A stretch of DNA of 64,000 nt from Myxococcota bacterium (GTDB lineage: Bacteria; Myxococcota_A; Polyangia; Polyangiales; Sandaracinaceae), in assembly GCA_036149055.1 (NCBI GenBank), contig JAYZQJ010000227.1:1-64000 (forward strand). The letters are read 5' to 3'. Every line of letters begins with the position of its first letter. Position 1 is the stretch's first letter. The notes under the pieces were generated by a model. The model was not told the DNA's origin and ran no database searches. It saw nothing but the letters and a program-made list of their open reading frames with translations. Positions 59,142 through 64,000 of this stretch are shown in pieces. The position numbers and the translations under genes were made by a program.

Positions 59142-60230
59142 CTATTTGGGCTCGGGCTCGGGCGCGCCGAACGGACCCTCGAGGGTGGAGCGGCGGGAGC
59201 GCGGGGGCAGCGCCGCGGGCGGCGGCACGCTGGGCACCGACGTCTTCGGCGGATCCGCGAAGCCCAGCATGCTGAGGAGCAGCGGCTCGATGCCGCGGCG
59301 GCGGAGCTCCGCGCTCGGCGTGGCCTCGCGGCGCACGAGATCGAAGACCGTCGCGTCGTCGAGGCTCATCGCGACCAGCGGCGAGTGGGTGGTCACGACC
59401 CACTGCACCCGCGGATGGAGCTCGGCGAGCGCCGGCAGGAGCTCCCGCTGGAGGCGCGGGTCGAGGTTGGTCTCGGGGTGATCGACGAGGACCACGCCGC
59501 TCGGCTCGAGCGCGCCGTCGCCGCTCCGCAGCCGCGACGCCTCGACCCGCATCATCACCTCGGCCCAGAGCCAGACCGCGGTGGCGTGGCCGAGGGACAG
59601 CCCGTCGAAGCCGACCCGGCGCCCGTCGGGCAGGTCGAGCTGCACCCCGCCGGGATCGAACGCGAGCCGGATCTCGGGCAGGTGCAGCAGCTTGCGCAGC
59701 GCGCTCCGGACCCGGAGGAACCACGCCTCGTGCAGCTTCTCGCGGAAGGTGTCGCCGCTCTCCCGGGCGAGGGTCTGCTCGGTCTTGCGGTTGACGAGGA
59801 GCTGCCCGAGCCGCTCGGCCACGCTCGCCTCCGGCGGCTGCGGATCGGTGTCGAGCGGGGTCGGCCGCGGAGCCGGCAAGAAGCGCGGCGACCGCGGCAG
59901 CGCGAGGTGGGCGAGGACGAGCCGCCCGCTCGCGTGCGCGGAGGCGACGTCGTCGTCCGTCCACGACACGCGCACCGGCCGCCCGAGGTGAGCCAGCTTC
60001 AGCGCCCGGTCGCGGGCCTCGCCGATCGGCGCGTCCACCTTCTCGGCCGGGTGCGCGCGCCCCTCGAGCGCCGCGCGGAGCTCGTCGACGATGCCCGACA
60101 GCAGGCTGCTCTTGCCCGAGCCGCTGGCCCCCAGCAGCACCAGCGACCGGGGCGCGTCCTCGTCCAGCGCGATGATCAGGGGCGACAGGTGGCGCAGCGT
60201 GCGCGCTTCGATGCGTCTCAGCCAGGTCAT
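59142..60230 (-). CDS. AAA_21/ABC-type ATPase with atypical Walker B (DH)
   Basis: GASGSGKS; LSLG; VVLVDHPETNLDPRLQR; VVTTHSP. Confidence 0.8.
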   Translation of the reverse strand: MTWLRRIEARTLRHLSPLIIALDEDAPRSLVLLGASGSGKSSLLSGIVDELRAALEGRAHPAEKVDAPIGEARDRALKLAHLGRPVRVSWTDDDVASAHASGRLVLAHLALPRSPRFLPAPRPTPLDTDPQPPEASVAERLGQLLVNRKTEQTLARESGDTFREKLHEAWFLRVRSALRKLLHLPEIRLAFDPGGVQLDLPDGRRVGFDGLSLGHATAVWLWAEVMMRVEASRLRSGDGALEPSGVVLVDHPETNLDPRLQRELLPALAELHPRVQWVVTTHSPLVAMSLDDATVFDLVRREATPSAELRRRGIEPLLLSMLGFADPPKTSVPSVPPPAALPPRSRRSTLEGPFGAPEPEPK

Positions 60231-60294
60231 CGCGTGGCTCTCGTTTTCGCCCCTGGCTTCGCCCGGGTCAATGGCGGCTGCTACCTTGGCGCCG

Positions 60295-61632
60295 ATGAGC
60301 GACGAACGAGGCCCCGACCCGCTCAGCCCGACCGAGCGCGCCGCGCGCATGGACGCGCCGCGACCGAAGCGCGACCTGCCGATCGCGCCCGAGCCGCCGC
60401 CGGGCAAGCGTCACCTCCCCCTGCTCGCGCCGCGGCCGAGCGACGCGCGCTACCGGCCGATCTACGCGGTCTGGGAGATCACCCTCGCCTGCGATCTCGC
60501 CTGCCGTCACTGCGGCTCGCGCGCCGGCCGGGATCGACCCGGGCAGCTCTCCACCGAGGAGTGCCTCGATCTCGTCGACCAGATGGCCGACCTCGGGGTG
60601 CAGGAGGTCAGCCTGATCGGAGGCGAGGCTTACCTGCACGACGGCTGGGTCGACATCATCCGCCGCATCCGCGAGCGCGGCATGATCGCCCTGATGACCA
60701 CCGGCGGGCGCGGGGTGACGAAGGAGCGCGCCCGGGCGGCCGCCGACGCGGGCCTCCAGAGCGTCAGCGTCTCGGTGGACGGCGTCGAAGCGACGCACGA
60801 TCGATTGCGGGGCGTGAAGGGCAGCCACCGCGCGGCCTTCGAGGCGTTCGACAACCTCCGAGAGGTCGGCATCAAGGTCAGCGCCAACACGCAGATCAAC
60901 CGGCTGAGCATGCCCGAGATGCCGCGGGTGCTCGACGACATCATCGCCGCCGGGATCCACTCCTGGCAGATCCAGCTCACCGTGGCGATGGGGCGCGCGG
61001 CCGACGAGCCGGAGATCCTGCTCCAGCCCTACGATCTCCTCGACCTCTTCCCGATGCTGGCCGACCTCAAGGCGCGCTGCGACGCGGCGAAGGTGCGGCT
61101 CTGGCCGGGGAACAACATCGGCTACTTCGGCCCCTACGAGTCGACGCTGCGCGGGACGATGCCGCGCGGGCACATGGCGTCCTGCGGCGCGGGCCGGGTC
61201 ACCCTCGGCGTCGAGGCGGACGGGGCGATCAAGGGCTGCCCCTCGCTGCCCACCGAGGCGTGGACGGGCGGGAACATCCGGGACGCCTCGCTGAAGGACA
61301 TCTGGGAGCGCTCGGCGCCGCTCCGCTACACCCGCGACCGCACGGTCGAGGATCTCTGGGGCTACTGCCGCACCTGCTACTACGCCGACGTCTGCCGCGC
61401 GGGCTGCACGTGGACCAGCTTCGTGCTCTTCGGCAAGGCGGGGAACAACCCCTACTGCCACCACCGCGCGCTCGAGCGGCAGCGCGAGGGCAAGCGCGAG
61501 CGGGTCGTCCGCAAGGCCGAGGCGCCCGGCCTGCCCTTCGACCACGGCGAGTTCGAGATCGTGCTCGAGGACGCACCTCGAACCGACGAGCCACCTGCGC
61601 TAGCATCGTCGCCGGGAGGGACCGGAACGTGA
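60295..61632 (+). CDS. Radical SAM/SPASM peptide-modifying enzyme, PlpX splicease-like
   Basis: YAVWEITLACDLACRHCGSRAG (CxxxCxxC), IGGEA; SPASM CGAG..ADGAIKGCPSLP..CRTC..CRAGCTW..NNPYCHHRAL. Confidence 0.9.
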   Translation: MSDERGPDPLSPTERAARMDAPRPKRDLPIAPEPPPGKRHLPLLAPRPSDARYRPIYAVWEITLACDLACRHCGSRAGRDRPGQLSTEECLDLVDQMADLGVQEVSLIGGEAYLHDGWVDIIRRIRERGMIALMTTGGRGVTKERARAAADAGLQSVSVSVDGVEATHDRLRGVKGSHRAAFEAFDNLREVGIKVSANTQINRLSMPEMPRVLDDIIAAGIHSWQIQLTVAMGRAADEPEILLQPYDLLDLFPMLADLKARCDAAKVRLWPGNNIGYFGPYESTLRGTMPRGHMASCGAGRVTLGVEADGAIKGCPSLPTEAWTGGNIRDASLKDIWERSAPLRYTRDRTVEDLWGYCRTCYYADVCRAGCTWTSFVLFGKAGNNPYCHHRALERQREGKRERVVRKAEAPGLPFDHGEFEIVLEDAPRTDEPPALASSPGGTGT

Positions 61633-61979
61633 GTCACCTGCTTCCTTGCGACGGCTGCGACCGTCACGTGCGGGCCGACGAGCCCACGTGCCCGTTCTGC
61701 GGAGACAGCCTCCGCCACCGCGGCGCGCCGCAGCTCCCCGGGGCTCGCCTGGGACGCGCCGCGACCTTCGCGTTCGGCGCCGCCCTCGCGGCCGCGACCG
61801 CGAGCGGCTGCGGCGAGAGCCACGACCGGACGGACGGCGGTGAGCCGCCCGCCGACGCCGCCGAGCCGCCCGCCGACGCGGGGATCGAGCGAGACTCGGG
61901 CACGGTCGCGCCGCCGTACGGCACGCCGCCCGACGACGGAGGCTTCGCCCCCTTGTACGGTGGGGCGCCCGAAGAGTAG
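61629..61979 (+). CDS. Candidate rSAM substrate 1: CxxC/CPFC leader, lipobox, two PxYG motifs (116 aa)
   Basis: GTG overlaps the rSAM TGA, GGAGG RBS; SHLLPCDGCDRHVRADEPTCPFCG..RLGRAATFAFGAALAAATASGC..APPYGTPP..APLYGGAPEE; clear paralog of the next gene. Confidence 0.85.
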   Translation: MSHLLPCDGCDRHVRADEPTCPFCGDSLRHRGAPQLPGARLGRAATFAFGAALAAATASGCGESHDRTDGGEPPADAAEPPADAGIERDSGTVAPPYGTPPDDGGFAPLYGGAPEE

Positions 61980-61990
61980 GAGACACGACC

Positions 61991-62521
61991 ATGAGCTTGC
62001 TTCCTTGTCCGGGCTGCGACCGCCACGTGCGCGCGGCCGAGAGCACCTGCCCCTTCTGCGGAGAGGTCCTGCCGATGTCGCTGCGCAGCCGCGCGGCGCC
62101 GGTCCCCACCCGCCGGCTCGGGCGCGCGGCGACCTTCGCCTTCGGCGCCGCCCTCGCGGCGAGCGCCTGCGGCGGAGAAGTCACCCCGGAGGACTCGGGC
62201 GTGCAGCAGGACTCGGGCGCTACGCCGTCGGACGGCGGCGGGGCGGACGGCGGCGGTGACGTCGACTCCGGCGCGACCCCGGACCCGGACTCCGGCGTGG
62301 TGGCCGACGCGGGCTCCGCCCCGGAGGACGCGGGGACCGAGAGCGACTCCGGCGTCGAGACCGACGCGGGCGCGGCGCCGACCGACGCGGGCGGCGTGGT
62401 CCCGGCGTACGGCGGCCCGATGCCGATCGACGGCGGCCTGACCCGGCGCGACGGTGGCCTCTCCCGGCGCGATGGTGGTGGAGTGATGCCCCTCTACGGC
62501 AGCCCGCCCCCCAGCGAATGA
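61991..62521 (+). CDS. Candidate rSAM substrate 2: CxxC/CPFC leader, lipobox, DSG/DAG linker, two PxYG motifs
   Basis: AGGAG RBS; SLLPCPGCDRHVRAAESTCPFCG..RRLGRAATFAFGAALAASAC..VPAYGGPMP..MPLYGSPPP. Confidence 0.9.
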   Translation: MSLLPCPGCDRHVRAAESTCPFCGEVLPMSLRSRAAPVPTRRLGRAATFAFGAALAASACGGEVTPEDSGVQQDSGATPSDGGGADGGGDVDSGATPDPDSGVVADAGSAPEDAGTESDSGVETDAGAAPTDAGGVVPAYGGPMPIDGGLTRRDGGLSRRDGGGVMPLYGSPPPSE

Positions 62522-63708
62522 GGCGACTGCTCTTCGCGCTGGCGCTCCTCGGCTGCGACGGCGCCACGGTCGCCGACGGCGGGCTCGCGATCGACGGCGG
62601 CCCGGAGGTCGTGGACGCCGGTCGCGCCGACGGCGGCGTCGACGCGGGCGGCGCGACCGGAGACGCGGGCGTCGACGCGGGCGCATCGGACGACGCGGGG
62701 CGCGACGACGCGGGCGCGCCCGACGCCGGGCCGAGCGGGCCGCTCCAGCTCTACGTGGCGCCCGACGGCGACGACACCCGCGACGGCCTCTCGGAGGCGA
62801 CCGCGGTGCTCAGCCTCGGCCGGGTGCACGAGCTCCTCGAGGCGCTCCGGCCCGAGCGGGACGTCGAGGTGCGGATCGCGCCGGGCACCTACCACGGGCA
62901 GACCGTGAGCTGGCGCTATCACCACCCGGAGCGCGAGATCCGCTTCATGCCGCTCGGCGACGAGCGCGACCGCCCGGTCTTCGACGGCTGCCTCGCCGAC
63001 GGCAGCTGCCCCGGCGGGACGTGGCTGCGGCTGCGGGTCTCGAGCGGCGCCCGGACGAACCTGCACTTCCGCTACCTCCGGGTGCAGCGCTACCAGACCG
63101 CGATCAGCCTCGACGGCAACCGCAACGATCCGGCGGCGTCGAACGGGGGCAACACGATCTTCGGCTGCTACTTCGACCGGATCGGCAACGTGTTCGCGCC
63201 GTCCCTCGACCCGTCGACCGCCGCGGTGCGCCTCGTCAACAGCGACGACAACCGCATCGAGAACAACCACTTCGTCGACGTCGTGAACACCCGGAGCGGC
63301 GGCCTGATCCACGCCCTCTACGTCGCCCACCTCAGCGACCGGAACACGATCGCGCGCAACCGCTTCCTCCGGAGCACGGGCGACCCGGTGCGCCTGCGCG
63401 ACTACTCCAACGACAACGTCATCACCGACAACCGCTTCATCCGGGTCGGGACCCACGCCGGCTACACCGACTGGTACTGCGACCACGACGCGCGGACCGA
63501 CTGCACCAAGCCCACGCCCGAGTGTCCGAGCTGGAACAACCAGTTCCGCGACAACCTGCTCGATGGCGACTGGACCTGCGGCGCGCTCGGCACCTTCCAC
63601 TACTTCCAGGACGACACCACCACCGGCTGCAGCCCACCGAGCGCCGGCGCCCGGCGCCTGAGGACGAGCGGCAACGAGTCGACCGCCGCGCCGTGCTCCA
63701 TGGAGTGA
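62518..63708 (+). CDS. Lipoprotein with right-handed parallel beta-helix domain
   Basis: Lipobox LLGC; YVAPDGDD..DG, IAPGTY; repeated N.I.NN.F turns; ATGA overlap with substrate 2. Confidence 0.8.
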   Translation: MRRLLFALALLGCDGATVADGGLAIDGGPEVVDAGRADGGVDAGGATGDAGVDAGASDDAGRDDAGAPDAGPSGPLQLYVAPDGDDTRDGLSEATAVLSLGRVHELLEALRPERDVEVRIAPGTYHGQTVSWRYHHPEREIRFMPLGDERDRPVFDGCLADGSCPGGTWLRLRVSSGARTNLHFRYLRVQRYQTAISLDGNRNDPAASNGGNTIFGCYFDRIGNVFAPSLDPSTAAVRLVNSDDNRIENNHFVDVVNTRSGGLIHALYVAHLSDRNTIARNRFLRSTGDPVRLRDYSNDNVITDNRFIRVGTHAGYTDWYCDHDARTDCTKPTPECPSWNNQFRDNLLDGDWTCGALGTFHYFQDDTTTGCSPPSAGARRLRTSGNESTAAPCSME

Positions 63709-63728
63709 AGGTGCGGTACGGTGAGCGG

Positions 63729-64000
63729 GTGAGAGCGCTCTCCGGGATCGCCGCGCTGCTGCTCGCCGCCTGCACCGGCGGGAGCACCGTCTACGTGGAC
63801 GTGCGCACGGACTACGTGCCGGGCATCGAGTTCGCGGAGGCGCGGGCCGAGGTCGGCGCGGCCGGCGTGCTGCGGCGGGTGGATCGCGCGGCGGCGCGCG
63901 GCGAGGACTGGGTCGCCGGCCAGCGGGTGGGCCAGGTCGACGGGCTGGGATCGGGGACACACGAGATCCTGGTCGAGCTGCGGGCGAGCGACGGCGCCCT
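63729..64000 (+). CDS. Lipoprotein, truncated by the window end, with VDxRTDxVPG N-domain
   Basis: VRALSGIAALLLAAC-TGGSTVYVDVRTDYVPGIEF..GEDWVAGQRV; open to the window edge. Confidence 0.75.
   Translation, partial: MRALSGIAALLLAACTGGSTVYVDVRTDYVPGIEFAEARAEVGAAGVLRRVDRAAARGEDWVAGQRVGQVDGLGSGTHEILVELRASDGA

Noticed and set aside
58539..61628. 1146-aa ORF 58539-61979 as a single gene
   Set aside because: Only the last 116 codons (from GTG 61629, with RBS and a paralog) look real; the rest overlaps three supported genes in other frames

Overview
Very GC-rich (about 75% by eye), gene-dense chromosomal segment of a myxobacterium, most likely Polyangiales/Sandaracinaceae-like. This is inferred from the many Cys-rich lipoproteins, four Hanks-type Ser/Thr kinases and two sigma54 activators. 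About 60 CDS are supported. They include housekeeping genes (argJ, purN, gloA, sodC), signalling genes, lipid/redox enzymes (alpha-dioxygenase-like peroxidase, BVMO, PhyH, ALDH, GMC) and surface lipoproteins. No rRNA, tRNA, CRISPR array, transposase or integrase was recognised. The standout locus is 60295-63708: a radical SAM/SPASM enzyme resembling PlpX-type tyramine-excising spliceases, followed by two paralogous small proteins (the first overlaps the enzyme stop codon and is not a separate ORF in the track). Each small protein has a CxxC-RHV-CPFC leader, a lipobox, an acidic linker and two P-x-Y-G motifs, so they are candidate lipid-anchored splicease substrates. Other notable items: a tandem RlaP-like nucleotidyltransferase pair, an RRE-like/YkgJ fusion, a structured 3' RNA candidate with G-U wobbles at 49301-49419, two sigma54 promoters beside their probable activators, and a recurring leaderless-promoter pattern. 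All product calls come from motif recognition by eye; no database searches were run.
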